Below are positions 33,955 through 46,423 of a DNA stretch of 64,000 nucleotides, one piece after another. Position 1 is the stretch's first letter; the number at the start of each line of letters is the position of its first letter. Under the pieces are notes generated by a model. It did not search any database and had not been told where the DNA came from. It was given only the letters and a program-made list of their open reading frames with translations. The position numbers and the translations under genes are program-made. The stretch is from positions 156,776-220,775 of the forward strand of contig NIVC01001936.1 of assembly GCA_002269645.1 (NCBI GenBank), written 5' to 3'. Source of the DNA: Macrostomum lignano (taxonomy: Eukaryota).

Positions 33955-36565
33955 TCACAGGGGCCCGTGATTCGTCACCGTCACGCAGTGCTCAAAAGAC
34001 AGCCGAAAAGCCTGCAGGTCGGCCTGCCCGAAGCCGCTCCCGGCCAGGACCAGGCGGGTCAGCAGCGGGCAGCCGCTGGCGATGCTGGCCAGCGAGGCGG
34101 CGGTCAGCTGGCTGCAGTCAAATGACAGGCTGAGGCGCCGCAGGCCCCTGGCAACCGGACTGGCGCACAGGTCGGCCAACGCCTCATCAGTGAGGCTGCG
34201 CCTGCTGCACCTGTGAGCACGCAGCTCGTGCAGGTCGGGAGTGGCAGCTCCGAGGCTCTGCAGTTCCCGCAGATTCGCCCAGGCCTGGTGGGTCAGGCGG
34301 CTGCAGTCGGTGAGGCGGAGGCAGTGCAGGCGGGGCAGCCGGGAGAGCAGAGCCGGCAGCAGGTCGTCGGTGCACAAGTCCAGGGTTAAAAAAGCCAGGC
34401 CTGCAGATATGAGCAGGTTATGACTAGTTCCTAACATGCATGGGCAGCCACCAGCCCACACCAGCAACAGACCCGCTCACCTGAGCAGCCACCAGCCCAT
34501 ACCAGCAACAGACCCGCTCACCTTAGCAGCCACCAGCCCACAGCAGTAACTCACCTGAGCAGCCACCAGCCCACACCAGCAACTCACCTGAGCAGCCACC
34601 AGCCCATACCAGCAACAGACCCGCTCACCTGAACAGCCACCAGCCCACAGCAGTAACTCACCTGAGCAGCCACCAGCCCACACCAGCAACAGACCCGCTC
34701 ACCTTAGCAGCCACCAGCCCACACCAGCAACTCACCTGAGCAGCCACCAGCCCATACCAGCAACAGACCCGCTCACCTGAACAGCCACCAGCCCACAGCA
34801 GTAACTCACCTGAGCAGCCACCAGCCCACACCAGCAACAGACCCGCTCACCTTAGCAGCCACCAGCCCACACCAGCAACAGACCCGCTCACCTTAGCAGC
34901 CACCAGCCCACACCAGCTGCAGACCCGCTCACCTGAGCAGCCACCAGCCCACACCAGCAACAGACCCGCTCACCTTAGCAGCCACCAGCCCACACCAGCA
35001 ACAGACCCGCTCACCTGCAGAGCAGCCACCAGCCCATATCAGCAACAGACCCGCTCATCTTAGCAGCCACCAGCCCACACCAGCAACAGACCCGCTCACC
35101 TTAGCAGCCACCAGCCCACACCAGCAACAGACCCGCTCACCTGAGCAGCCACCAGCCCACACCAGCTTCAGACCCGCTCACCTTAGCAGCCACCAGCCCA
35201 CACCAGCAACAGACCCGCTCACCTGGGCAGCTGGCCAGCAGCTCCATCAGGCGCAGCTGATCCGCACGTGGCGGGAGTCCCTCCAGCCGCAGCCGCCGCA
35301 GGTTCGGCGGCAGCACAGCAGGTGGGCCGACGCCGGCTCGGCAGCTCCAATCCGCGTGCTCAAAGCTCAGGCCCAGGTCTGTCAGACCCGCCGGCAGGGC
35401 TCGCAGGATGGCGCAGGCATGGCAGTCCAGCACGAAGACCCTGGCTGACGACTTCAGCCGGAAGCTTCGCAGCTGCGGCAGGCGGGCCAGCAGCGGAGGC
35501 ACCGAGGCGGCGTCCACAAAGCGGCTGTCGATGCGGAGGCAGCGAAGCCGGGCCGCGCCGCCTAGCAGCTGCAGGTCGGTTGCTGAGCGGCACCAGTTCC
35601 GGCACCGAAGCCGCAGGTCGGTCAGCTCCGGCATCCGGGACAGCGGAGTCAGCAAATCTTCAGGAGCGATGGAAGTTCAGGTAAAGTCCGTCAAACAGGT
35701 CTCAGAAACCCCTGAAAGACTCACTGGACAGCTCAGCGCCGCAGGTGGCGAAGCTGGTGAGCAGCGGACACTCGGGCAGGTCTCGGAGCATCGGAGCAGC
35801 GCTGCTCCAGCTTCTCACTGACAGGCTGGCGAGGCGGCAGACCTGCTCAGCCAACAGCTGCTGGCTGCAGCTCCACCCGACCGCATCGCAGGCGGCTGCT
35901 CGGCTGTCCATCTGCAGCAGCGACAGGCGCGGGCAGCCGGTCAGCAGGCATCTCAAAGACTCGTCAGACAGGCCGTTTCGACAATCAACGAGGCGCAGCT
36001 CCAGCAGGCCGGGGCAGCTGCGGCCCGCCTCCGTCACGGCCAGCTGGGCGGGTGGTTGATCCATGTCCCGCAGCCTGAGGCAGGTGAGGCTCGCGGATGC
36101 GGCCAGCAGCAGTGGCAGCCGGTGCTCGGCTGTCAGCCCGCAGGCCGAGATCTCCCGCACGCTGCCGCCCAGCCAGTCTCTGAGCCGCTCCATCAGCTCG
36201 GCATCTGCGGTGCGGCCGTCAATGCGGATTTTGCGCCACAGCCGCGGCTGCGTGGCGAGCCGCCGCCAGCGCCTGCTCAGCTGAGCGCACCGGCCGAGGC
36301 TGGTCTGGTCCAGCTCGGACAGGATCTGCGTGAGCAGCTCCTCTGGTAGCTGCTCCAGCTGTAAGAAAGAAAACAGAATATTTGAAGAAACAGGCAGAAG
36401 CAACCGCCTCCTGTTGTCAAGAAGCAACAAAATTTATCAAGAACTGCAATAACGCTGCGCACGCATCAAATACTGCCACATCGAGAAAGTGCATTGATTT
36501 CCTATCATTATTTCTAATTGGTGGTTGGCTCACCACAACAGGTTTACAAGTAAACAGGTTAACAT
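33955..36565 (-). CDS. F-box/LRR protein, paralog P6 (about 510 aa)
   Basis: Exons 36565-36548 (putative 18-nt first exon), 36358-35725, 35657-35223, 34400-33955; phases compatible. Confidence 0.8.
34440..35220. repeat. ~41-bp minisatellite (with shorter variants) repeating the P6 intron 3 donor
   Basis: Minus-strand units contain GCTGCT(C/A)AG|GTGAG, matching the real junction GCTGCCCAG|GTGAG at 35223. Confidence 0.92.
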
Positions 36566-36739
36566 GTTACTTGAAGTAAATATAAGATTAGGGGGTTGCG
36601 TCAGCAATACTATTTTGAAACTGCTCACTCTGCTCATGGGGCACAACAGTGCGCATTTTTGAAAAAAGTCCCTTATTGGGGAATGCAGTTTCTTTAGATA
36701 AAAAAACAAATTTACACATTTTGCTGCTCCAAATTGTGA

Positions 36740-36935
36740 AAAAGTTGCAGAGCTGAAGGGAGGCAGTTGCAGAGCTGAAGGGAGACAGTTGCAGAGCTGA
36801 AGGGAGGCAGTTGCAGAGCTGAAGGGAGGCAGTTGCAGAGCTGAAGGGAGTCAGTTGCAGAGCTGAAGGGAGGCAGTTGCAGAGCTGAAGGGAGGCAGTT
36901 GCAGAGGTGAAGGGAGACAGTTGCAGAGATGAAAG
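36740..36935. repeat. 22-bp minisatellite just downstream of the P7 stop
   Basis: Same unit as 18100-18912. Confidence 0.93.
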
Positions 36936-37399
36936 TTGCTACGATTGCAGCCAGCAAGTAGTCAAGTCGATGCTCAGCTCGAAGGCCGCCTCGATGCGCT
37001 CATCGCGGGGGACTCGCCTGAAGCCCTCCAGCTGGAGCTCAGTGAGCCACGGACAGCCGCTGGCGATGCTGGCGAGGGCGACGGCAGTCAGCTGGCTGCA
37101 GTCGGACAGGTGGAGCCGCCGCAGGCCTCTGGCGACCGGACTGGCGCTTAGGTCGGCCACCGCCTCATCAGTGAGGCTGTAGCCAGTACAACCGAGGGCC
37201 CGCAACTCCATCAGATCGAGTGGCCAGACTGCGAGGCTTCGCAGATTCGCCCAGGCCTGGCGGGTCAGGATGCTGCAGTTGTTGATGCAGAGGCAGCGCA
37301 GGCGCGGCAGCCGGGAGAGCAGAGCCGCCAGCAGGTCGTCGGTGCCCGCCTCCAGCTCAACATGGGTCAACGCTGCAGTTAAATGGAATTTATAGCAGC

Positions 37400-38035
37400 T
37401 GAGCAGTCTGAGCATCTGGGAGAGCAGCAGTCTGAGCATCTGGGAGAGCAGCAGTGTGAGCATCTGGGAGAGCAGCAGTCTGAGCATCTGGGAGAGCAGC
37501 AGTCTGAGCATCTGGGAGAGCAGCAGTCTGAGCATCTGGGAGAGCAGCAGTCTGAGCATCTGGGAGAGCAGTCAGCAGTCTGAGCATCTGGGAGAGCAGT
37601 CAGCAGTCTGAGCATCTGGGAGAGCAGCAGTCTGAGCATCTGGGAGAGCAGCAGTCTGAGCATCTGGGAGAGCAGCAGTCTGAGCATCTGGGAGAGCAGC
37701 AGTCTGAGCATCTGGGAGAGCAGCAGTCTGAGCATCTGGGAGAGCAGCAGTCTGAGCATCTGGGAGAGCAGCAGTCTGAGCATCTGGGAGAGCAGCAGTC
37801 TGAGCATCTGGGAGAGCAGCAGTCTGAGCATCTGGGAGAGCAGTCAGCAGTCTGAGCATCTGGGAGAGCAGTCAGCAGTCTGAGCATCTGGGAGAGCAGC
37901 AGTCTGAGCATCTGGTAGAGCAGTCAGCAGTCTGAGCATCTGGGAGAGCAGCAGTCTGAGCATATGGGGGAGCAGCAGTCTGAGCATCTGGGAGAGCAGC
38001 AGTGTGAGCATCTGGGAGAGCAGCAGTTTGAGCAT
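37400..38035. repeat. 24/28-bp minisatellite in the last intron of P7
   Basis: Same unit as the P1 and P3 arrays, about 26 copies. Confidence 0.95.
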
Positions 38036-38800
38036 CAATCCGAGTATCTAGCAAAGGAGCGGCAAGGTGAGCGGGACTCACCTGGACAGCCACTGAGAGC
38101 GCCAGATAACCGAAAGCTCCATGGCGCATCAAAGAACGACCCCGTGAGCTGCAGCCGCTGAAGCCCCGGCGGCAGCGGACCGCTTAGACGAGCTCCGAAT
38201 GTGCACCGAATTCCGTGAATCTCCACTCGAAGGTCCGCAAGGCCGGCAGGTAAGCAGCGGAGGATCTGACGGAAGTCCTTATCTGAGGCTTGGTAAGACA
38301 CCAAACGCAGACTCTCAAGTGAGGGCAGGCTGCGCAGCAGCCACAATGCTATCTCCGTATTCTCGTCACGTGACCCCTCGCAGTCAAGGCTCAGGTGCCT
38401 CAGGCCGGGCACGGGCGCAGGGTGCCGGTCGGGCTCGAGGTCGAAGGTGTTGCCGCAACTTGTCACTCGCAGCTCCGTCAGGTTCGGCGCGATGCTCAGC
38501 ACGCGGGGCAACTCTGGAGGGTGGCGAGTTCAGCGAGGGCATTCAATGAAGGACCACCGGCAGTCAAGCAATTCAATAATTCTATGGAAATTTGTTTAAA
38601 AGCCAGACTAAAAAAATTTTCAGCTAAAAAGTTTTCACCGTCTGAACTTAAAAAGATGATGTAAAGCCAGTATGGGTTGAGTCCCGGGCGGTTTCACAAG
38701 TCCATCGACTTGGATTTAGAGTAAGCACTTATATAGAAGAGTGGCAAGCGCAAAGAAGTCCAGAAAATATTCGTTCTTCTTATTTTTCAAGTTGTCCTTA

Positions 38801-39822
38801 CCGGTAGAACATCGTTTGAGGAAAGCCAGGAAAACGAAAGCAAAAACGAACAGTCGCATTTTTTCTTTAATAATTCGAAATTACAATTTTTGTACCCAAA
38901 CCCAACTCTTGGAAGGTCCGTTTGATTCGTGGTTTGCTGCACCGGGCTTACCGTGTGCTCGTGGCATAAAGAGCTGACTCAGATCAAACAGATCTTCAAA
39001 TCGAACAACTATCCCGACCAGCTGGTTGACGCTGAAATTAAGGAATTCTTGAACAAGAAAATGAACGAGAAAATGGACACCATAGAAAATGTTAATAACG
39101 ACAGAGATTCCCGTTCCAATATCATTCAAGTGCCATACATCGGGCTGCCTAGCCTTAGGTTTTGCCGTAAAATAACGGCCATCTGTCATACCCACCTGAA
39201 CATTTAAGGTTTTCCCTGTGTTCTATTCTACGAAGGTGTCGCAATACGTGCAAAGACTCAAGTGCAGTGTACCGAAAACCTTGTGTGCGGGAGTTATCTA
39301 CAAATTATCGTGCGTTGCTGAGCAACGCCGGTTTTACATTGGTAAAACTGAAAAGGCACCTACACACAAGGGTTAAGGAGCACTATACAAGAGCTAGCGC
39401 TGTGTACGACCACCTCCAGATGTGCAACCAATGCGCTAAAGTTAGACATGCTGAGAAATTTGAAATTATCGATCGTAACCGCCAGAGTATGAAGTTGTCT
39501 ACTCATGAGGCATTGTACATTAAACAGCTAAAGCTCACCATGAACATCCAACTTGGTGGTAGAGGGGTGAGTGTCCATCTAAGGGTGTTCTGACCCCATA
39601 CACTTGCCTCTTATTTAGGGCCATCTAACTCGGTTACCCATACTTACAATCTTTTTGGCCTACTAGACTTTTTAAAAATTTGTCATCTCTCTGCATCTAT
39701 ATTATTGCCTGAAGATGCCGATTGTTCGGCGAAACATGTCGCGCGAAGATTGATAAATTGTAATTTCGTATTATTAAAGAAAAATGCGAATGTTCGTTTT
39801 TGCTTTCGTTTTCTTGTCTTTA
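38801..39822 (+). mobile_element. 5'-truncated Penelope-like element (RT thumb + GIY-YIG) with inverted terminal segment
   Basis: ELTQIKQIFKSNNYPDQLVD, IQVPYIG, RHLHTRVKEH, HEALYIKQLKLTMN; about 68-bp inverted repeat at 38822-38889/39755-39822; absent from the homologous P1 and P3 introns. Confidence 0.88.
39705..39745 (+). ncRNA. Minimal type I hammerhead ribozyme-like motif
   Basis: CTGAAGA-T-GCCGA(TTGT)TCGGC-GAAAC-AT-GTC: core, stem II, palindromic ACATGT stem III, GUC site; stem I is only about 3 bp. Confidence 0.68.
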
Positions 39823-42800
39823 GAACAGATTTTTTCCAAACGAATGATTCTAAAGGCGGGGCGGCCCGTGCTGTGAGATGGGGAATTCAGCAGCTCTGAT
39901 GCATTTCCAAGCAGCACCGGGGCTTCAAGCAGATTCCCATGCACGGGGGTGCCAGGAGCGTGACTGTATTAGATTGGAACGGCGGTTCCTGCATACTAGC
40001 CCAGTGAAAAACTAGCGGCACTGACCGAAGCCGCGGCTGGCTGACAGCCCCACCGACAACACGGAGAGCCGGGGACACTCTGTCAGATCAGCAAGGAGCT
40101 CAGAAGCCTCGATGATCGGCAGGTGCAGCGCCGTGAGGCGGCCGATGAGCTCAACGAACAGCTGGCGCACCGAACGGTCCTGCCAGTCAGCAAACGCGTC
40201 AGTGACACTGCCGAGAATTTCCAACAGCGAGAGGCGCGGGCAGCCGGACGGCAGGCTGCTCAGCGAGGCGGCCGACAGCGACTTCTGGCAGTCGGTGATG
40301 CTCAGCTCCAGCAGGCCGGGGCACCTCCTCCGTCACCGCAGCGTCGCCATGCACCTCCCGCAGGCTGAGGCAGGTGAGGCTGGCGGATGCGGCCAACAAC
40401 AGTGCAGCAGCCGGTTCTCGGCTGTCAGCCCCCAGGCCGAGATCTCCCACACGCTGCCGCCCAGCCAGTCTCTGAGCCGCTCCATCAGCCCAGCATCCAC
40501 GGCGTCGCCATCAATGCGGATTTTGCGCCACAGCCGCGAGCCGCCACCAGCGCCTGCTCAGCTGAGCGCACCGGCCGAGGCTGGTCTGGTCCAGCTCGGA
40601 CAGGATCTGCGTGAGCAGCTCCTCTGGCAGCTGCTCCAAGTGAAAGGGAGAACTGCCGGGTTCGAATTCTCCAGCCGCCTCCATTCGCAGGCGTTTCCGG
40701 ACCGGAGCCTCCAGATCGAAGCTCACAGAATGAGTCATCTGTAAAGCCATAAAGTGGCAAAGGCAGCCAGTGGCTGCTGCAGCAATCAGTCAATGAAGCA
40801 TTTGTTTCTACAAAATACTCTGGATTGTAAAAGGCTAAGATGGAGTCTTCAAAGCAAATTAATTATCAATGTTGTTTAAAATGTAGGATATACTAGAATT
40901 ATACTCATAGCGCACAGCTGTATATTGAATTTTTAATATCTGCTTTTTGTACAACTACAATGCAGCAAGAAAGGAAAAGGCAAAACAAAACAAGAAGCAA
41001 AGAATGGGCCTAAAAACAAAGCAAGTTGAAAATGGAACAAACTAAAAAAGTGGAATTTTTTAATTTAAAAAATCTACATTTACCTAAATATCTTATCATG
41101 ACATGACATACATGTAGTCATAGGCATTAAATTTGCTATTTTACTTGAGGAGGGCTTAGCTATATTACATATAATTTTAAAATAGACATATTAGGTTAGT
41201 CTATTTTATAATTTTTAGACAACACTTAGACTTAGTTAAAGTCCAAACAAATTAGACCAGATCTTAGATCAATCTAGTGTATTTGTTATGTTATATTAAT
41301 ACTAGTGATGTAGTGTGCCTCGTTTTGTAATATAGAATGCCTTCCAGAATAGATATTAACTACGTTTGCGAAAAGTTCTTTTCGTTGAAAATACTGTATT
41401 TGAATTTACGCTAAAAAGAAATTAAGTTATACTTTTTGTTTAAATGTTGTAAAAGCAAATAACATTTTACGAAATAAAATTTTGTTTTAAATATATCGTT
41501 CAAGCAATATAAATTGAGGGCCAGTGAGGTGCCGAGAAGAGCAACTCGACCGGTCGTCCCGAGCAACTCGAGCAACTCGAGCTTAGCCGATTTTGTCTGT
41601 TGCCTCTTCCGCAAGCCTTGCGAGTACAATCAATTCAGTCTTATTATTAAATCGCTATTTGCAGAGTTTGAAAGACTTCCCGTTGAAAAATTATGGGAAC
41701 AATTTGTGGGAACATTTGGTAGCTTATGGCAATTTATGGCTAAATAGTGGTAAATTTTGGTAACTTGTGGTTACTTTTCAAGTTTAAGAGGTGGGCGCCA
41801 CCGTGGCGTGCGCTGATTGGCTATCTGTTTGGCAACTTTTAGGAACATTGAGCGCGGCGAATGGGAACTTTTGGTAACTTTTTGGAGAGGTAAAAAAATG
41901 GCAACATTTAGGAAACTTTTGGTAACTTTTAGCACTTTTTGGTGAGTTTTTGGGAATTTTCGGCAACTTATGGTAACTTATCAGTGGCCTCATGAGTGGC
42001 GGGCGCCCTGCATGACTCATTACGTACGGAAACTTTTGGGAACTTTTCTAATAAATTGGTAACATCTGGTAATTTTCATATGAGGTGTGCCTCGGAAAGA
42101 ACAAGTACAATGTTAATTTAATTATGAATGCAGTAGAAGTTCTCGAAAGCAACTTTAAAGGTCGGAACTATGTTTAATAAGTATCATGCCGATGATGGTA
42201 TTTGTTAAAGTTAAATTTATCTGCCCAATATATCGATCTATTTTAAATGACTGATGCGCCAGTCATGGCGTGCACCATCAGCGGCCATACTACTAGCTAT
42301 ATTCTGATATTGCGCTTATCATCAGACATCTTAGGCAACCTGGGAAGATAATTTACTTAATGTGTTACATTATGATGTTATCTTTGTGTAATATCTCCAG
42401 ACTCTCGTGACTCTCATAAATCCACATATACTAAATCGTTTTCTATAGATCATAATCGAATTTACAGATGGAACTTCCGTAGAGTTTGTATGCAGGTGTT
42501 AATTTTAGCTAGGCCTATATGAAATCTTACTTTTTATTAACGAACATCCAGGGTACATACAATGTATGTTAATACGTGATAGTGTTTAGATAGCATCACA
42601 TAGTCGTTTTTTATTTTAAAGAAATTAGCGTCTAGTTTTGCTTGTTTGCTAAGGTAAATTATGCAAAAGTAGGTTGATAATTGTAGGCATGAACTAGGAA
42701 CTAGACATAGTGGTAATATTTCTTATTTTTCAAGTACACAATTCCTGATCATAATGTCATATTAACCAGGTACGACAATCTATGTTTTCTATTACACACT

Positions 42801-44821
42801 CAGAAAAGATGTTTTGTAAAAATTTAAACTAAATTAGACTGATATGAATGAACTGCATGTATCAGTAGAAATAGCTAAGTAACTTTTTATTAAAAAATGT
42901 GCATTCATATGCCAATTTGCAATTTTGGAAATTAAGTATTAGAACTTAATGAGTAGGGGCCTAGGCCTATGAAAATATATTTCAACTGAGGTTATTTTAA
43001 TCAGTCAAAATTAAGCAGAAATTAAGCAGAAGCACTATATTAATGCATTAAATTTGTATCTTTTTGTTGCATTAACCAAAACAAGCTGAACCAAACAGGT
43101 TATAGGAATAAATACTAATTTTAACTTTAATTTTTTAATTTCGTATTTGCATGGCATTATATTCAAAAAATTATAACTACAATATTTTTGGCATTGCCAC
43201 TAAGTATGTCCTTTGTACTATATCACTATAGTAGTTAAATGCAATTTTTATGATACTTTCTAGTATATATGCATATATAATTTTAAGCTAGTTTGATCAG
43301 CCATTACTTGTTAGCCTGCTAAAACTATATAATACCTGGACAATTCCATGTGATGGTCAAATGTATATATGTGATTAAGATGGTCATGTGAGTATGAAGG
43401 TCATGAAACAAAGGTCTTTATCAATTAAAACTCTGATTTGAATTGGTAAAACCAGACTTATTAAAGCTCTAGATAGAAATATTATGAAAGAAGCTTTAGT
43501 TCTAGTAAAGCAAGAATTAGTATTTAATTGTATACAATAATTGTCTTCATGAAATATGATTTGCATTGTTATGAAATTTAAATATGTTTTAAAATGATCC
43601 TAGGATTCTTGAAGTACTGATATTTTATCCTATTTATTTTTATATTTATGCATAAAGACTTTTTACAATAATCTAGACTCATAATTCTAAGATTATATAC
43701 AGTTAATTTTGTATAAAATAATAGTAGTCTGCCTGTTGTAGCCTTTACATATAAAATTTGGTATTATTTTATGACTGGATTTAATTGTACAATGGTAAAG
43801 AATGATATTAGTCTATAGGTTACATTATGAAGTTGCTTCTGTACTTACACATTTTCAGTCTTAGATAATTTAATTTTACCTTGTTGGAGCAAATCCAAAA
43901 TTGGTCTACTTATTTATCTGAAAATCAGAATCACATTTTTGTATTAATACGCAAGAAATTATATGTATTGACTTTATATATTATATATATTGTCAAATAT
44001 ATGTCATAATATAACTAGACTCCACTGAAAATTTGAAGGTAAACCAAGAAAAGGTTTCTAAGATATTGAATATTTCAGATTTATCCCTAATTAGATAGAA
44101 GTTTACTCTGGTTATTAGGTTGCCAGCACATGCTCTACTGTACCAATATGGGAATAATAATCTGTGTAATCTGTGTGAATAATAATCTGTGTAGCCACTT
44201 TAAAAATAAATAAAGCGGCTACACAGACGCGCACACACACACACACACAGACGCGCACACACACACACACACAGACACATGGACAGAGTTTTGTGTTTTA
44301 TATATTTAGTTAAGAGAAGATAATAATTTTTCTTTAAAGTCAACACCATTTAACCAGTTATCCTGGGTTACTTTATGATGTTCTGGAGATGCACAAGTGA
44401 AAAGATGGATTTTATTAAATTAGTCTTTGTATGGCATCCATTATTTAGCATGCAAAATGTCCATTTCTCAGACCTCATCACTCCACACCGCCATAATAAT
44501 AAAGTATTAATTTTCAAATTCTGGCCCAGCTAATATCCCATTAAAAATGCATGGATTGTCTGCGTTAGTAATTCCTTTAGTTAAACTTCTGTGCAACTCA
44601 TGCACTCACTACAACATTTGCAGGATTACCTTATCAATGTTACTCGATTTTATATCAATGCTGCCACATCAATATTATTCATAATCTACCATTCCAGATT
44701 GCAGATTACCAAATTCGAGGGCCACATCGACCGACGACTACGCTCTACAGTTGTTAGAGCGCCAAGAGGCCGTTCTCCCTATGTCAACCGAGATTAACCA
44801 AGACCCACTAAAACACTAGTT

Positions 44822-46423
44822 ATGGCAAGCTTGTCTTACGAAAACCCACCATTCTGGGTAGTTCAAGGCACAGAAACTAACAATAGACAATGCTATGCAA
44901 TATCTGTAAGGAGAATTGTGAAACCGTCACCAGCGCCTACACAGCAATTCGCGAAAGTGTTGGTGAACTTATCGTCCCACAACACACGACACACAAAGCC
45001 TCAGCTGCTACAGGCGGAACTATTAAAGGGCCCGTTCGATAACAAGGAGGCTGCGTCTCGCGCTATGCAGTGTTGTCAATTGCCAGACGAAACTTATTGC
45101 ATCGACTTGGATTGCGATAGTTGCAGCGTGCTGCACCGAAAGATGGCCGTTGTCGAGGAGCAGATGGACAGGCTCAAAAACGAGCTTCAAAGCGCCAAAG
45201 CGGCAGCATCTGAAAGGCGCGACTTGCTACTGAAGGAGGTGGATGCGCACAAGTCGACGCAGAGGCGCTTGGAGGTGGCTAATGCTGAGATGGATGACCT
45301 GCGCCAAGAAATTGATCGTCTCAGAACGACTGGCGAATCATCCGAATTTCAATCCAACGTTATTCGGATTATGCAAGACTTTGCCGCTCAAAGCCTTGCA
45401 ACAAGCCAAACCCCAGCTTTGGTAGCTCCTGCTATTCACGCTTCCCCATCGATCGAGGTCATATCCGAGATTCTGGGAGAAGACCAACGAGTGCCGCTTC
45501 TGGCGTCCGCCCCGAACGTGACTATTACAAGAGAGCAGAAGGCAGCTATTGAGCATGCGGTTGCTGAACTCCGTCGCGAGCCGGGTGACAAGCAGTTGCG
45601 AAAGCTCACCAGACTCCTCATTCGTTCCCTTTTTTCGACCTCGGAATTGTGCGTGACTACCGTGTCTGGCATGGCCAAGAAGCAGCAAATTCGTATGCCA
45701 GCGAATTGTCATATTGTGAGGACAATTACTCAGTTCCTCACAGCTGCTTCTCCTAATCCTCTACCACACGGTCTTTTCCGCAATTCATTCAAATATTGCT
45801 CGTTGGATGCCCGCCGGAAAAAGAAAAGGATCGATTCTAGTGCGCTAAGAAGCGGCGGGACCGATCAGTCCTCCTCAACCGAGACGAGTGCGCTAAGAAG
45901 CGGCGGGACCGATCAGTCCTCCTCAACCGAGACGAGTGCGTTAAGAAGCGGCGGGACCGATCAGTCCTCCTCAACCGAGACGAGTGCGCTAAGAAGCGGC
46001 GGGACCGATCAGTCCTCCTCAACCAAGACGAGTGCGCTAAGTGGCGGCGGGACCGATCAGTCCTCCTCAACCGAGACGAGTGCGCTAAGTGGCGGCGGGA
46101 CCGATCAGTCCTCCTCAACCGAGACGAGTGCGCTAAGAAGCGGCGGGACCGATCAGTCCTCCTCAACCGAGACGAGTGCGTTAAGAAGCGGCGGGACCAA
46201 TCAGTCCTCCTCAACCGAGACGAGTGCGCTAAGAAGCGGCGGGACCGATCAGTCCTCCTCAACCGAGACGAGTGCGCTAAGAAGCGGCGGGACCGATCAG
46301 TCCTCCTCAACCAAGACGAGTGCGCTAAGTGGCGGCGGGACAATAAAAAAAGGGGAGAAGCGAACAAAGCAGCAACCTTCTCGGAGCTCAAAGAGATCAA
46401 AGAGAAATGTTCGCGAAACCTAG
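44822..46423 (+). CDS. Intronless coiled-coil + BEN-domain protein with 16-aa tandem repeats (533 aa)
   Basis: BEN-like LTRLLIRSLFSTSELCVTTVSG...IVRTITQFL...FKYCSLDARRKKK (about 45596-45830); coiled coil at about 45140-45370. Confidence 0.72.
   Translation: MASLSYENPPFWVVQGTETNNRQCYAISVRRIVKPSPAPTQQFAKVLVNLSSHNTRHTKPQLLQAELLKGPFDNKEAASRAMQCCQLPDETYCIDLDCDSCSVLHRKMAVVEEQMDRLKNELQSAKAAASERRDLLLKEVDAHKSTQRRLEVANAEMDDLRQEIDRLRTTGESSEFQSNVIRIMQDFAAQSLATSQTPALVAPAIHASPSIEVISEILGEDQRVPLLASAPNVTITREQKAAIEHAVAELRREPGDKQLRKLTRLLIRSLFSTSELCVTTVSGMAKKQQIRMPANCHIVRTITQFLTAASPNPLPHGLFRNSFKYCSLDARRKKKRIDSSALRSGGTDQSSSTETSALRSGGTDQSSSTETSALRSGGTDQSSSTETSALRSGGTDQSSSTKTSALSGGGTDQSSSTETSALSGGGTDQSSSTETSALRSGGTDQSSSTETSALRSGGTNQSSSTETSALRSGGTDQSSSTETSALRSGGTDQSSSTKTSALSGGGTIKKGEKRTKQQPSRSSKRSKRNVRET
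45837..46340 (+). repeat. 48-bp coding tandem repeat (SALRSGGTDQSSSTET, about 10.5 copies)
   Basis: Visible in both the DNA and the ORF translation. Confidence 0.95.

Larger units (their letters stand above)
36939..40738 (-). pseudogene. F-box/LRR pseudogene P7
   Basis: First exon (40738 to about 40027) has an 11-bp deletion near 40538 and another deletion near 40325; exons 38513-38082 and 37372-36939 are intact; PLE insertion in the intron. Confidence 0.8.

Noticed and set aside
42100-44800. A transposase gene inside the TIR element
   Set aside because: Only one weak motif hint with many stops; it could not be reconstructed by eye.
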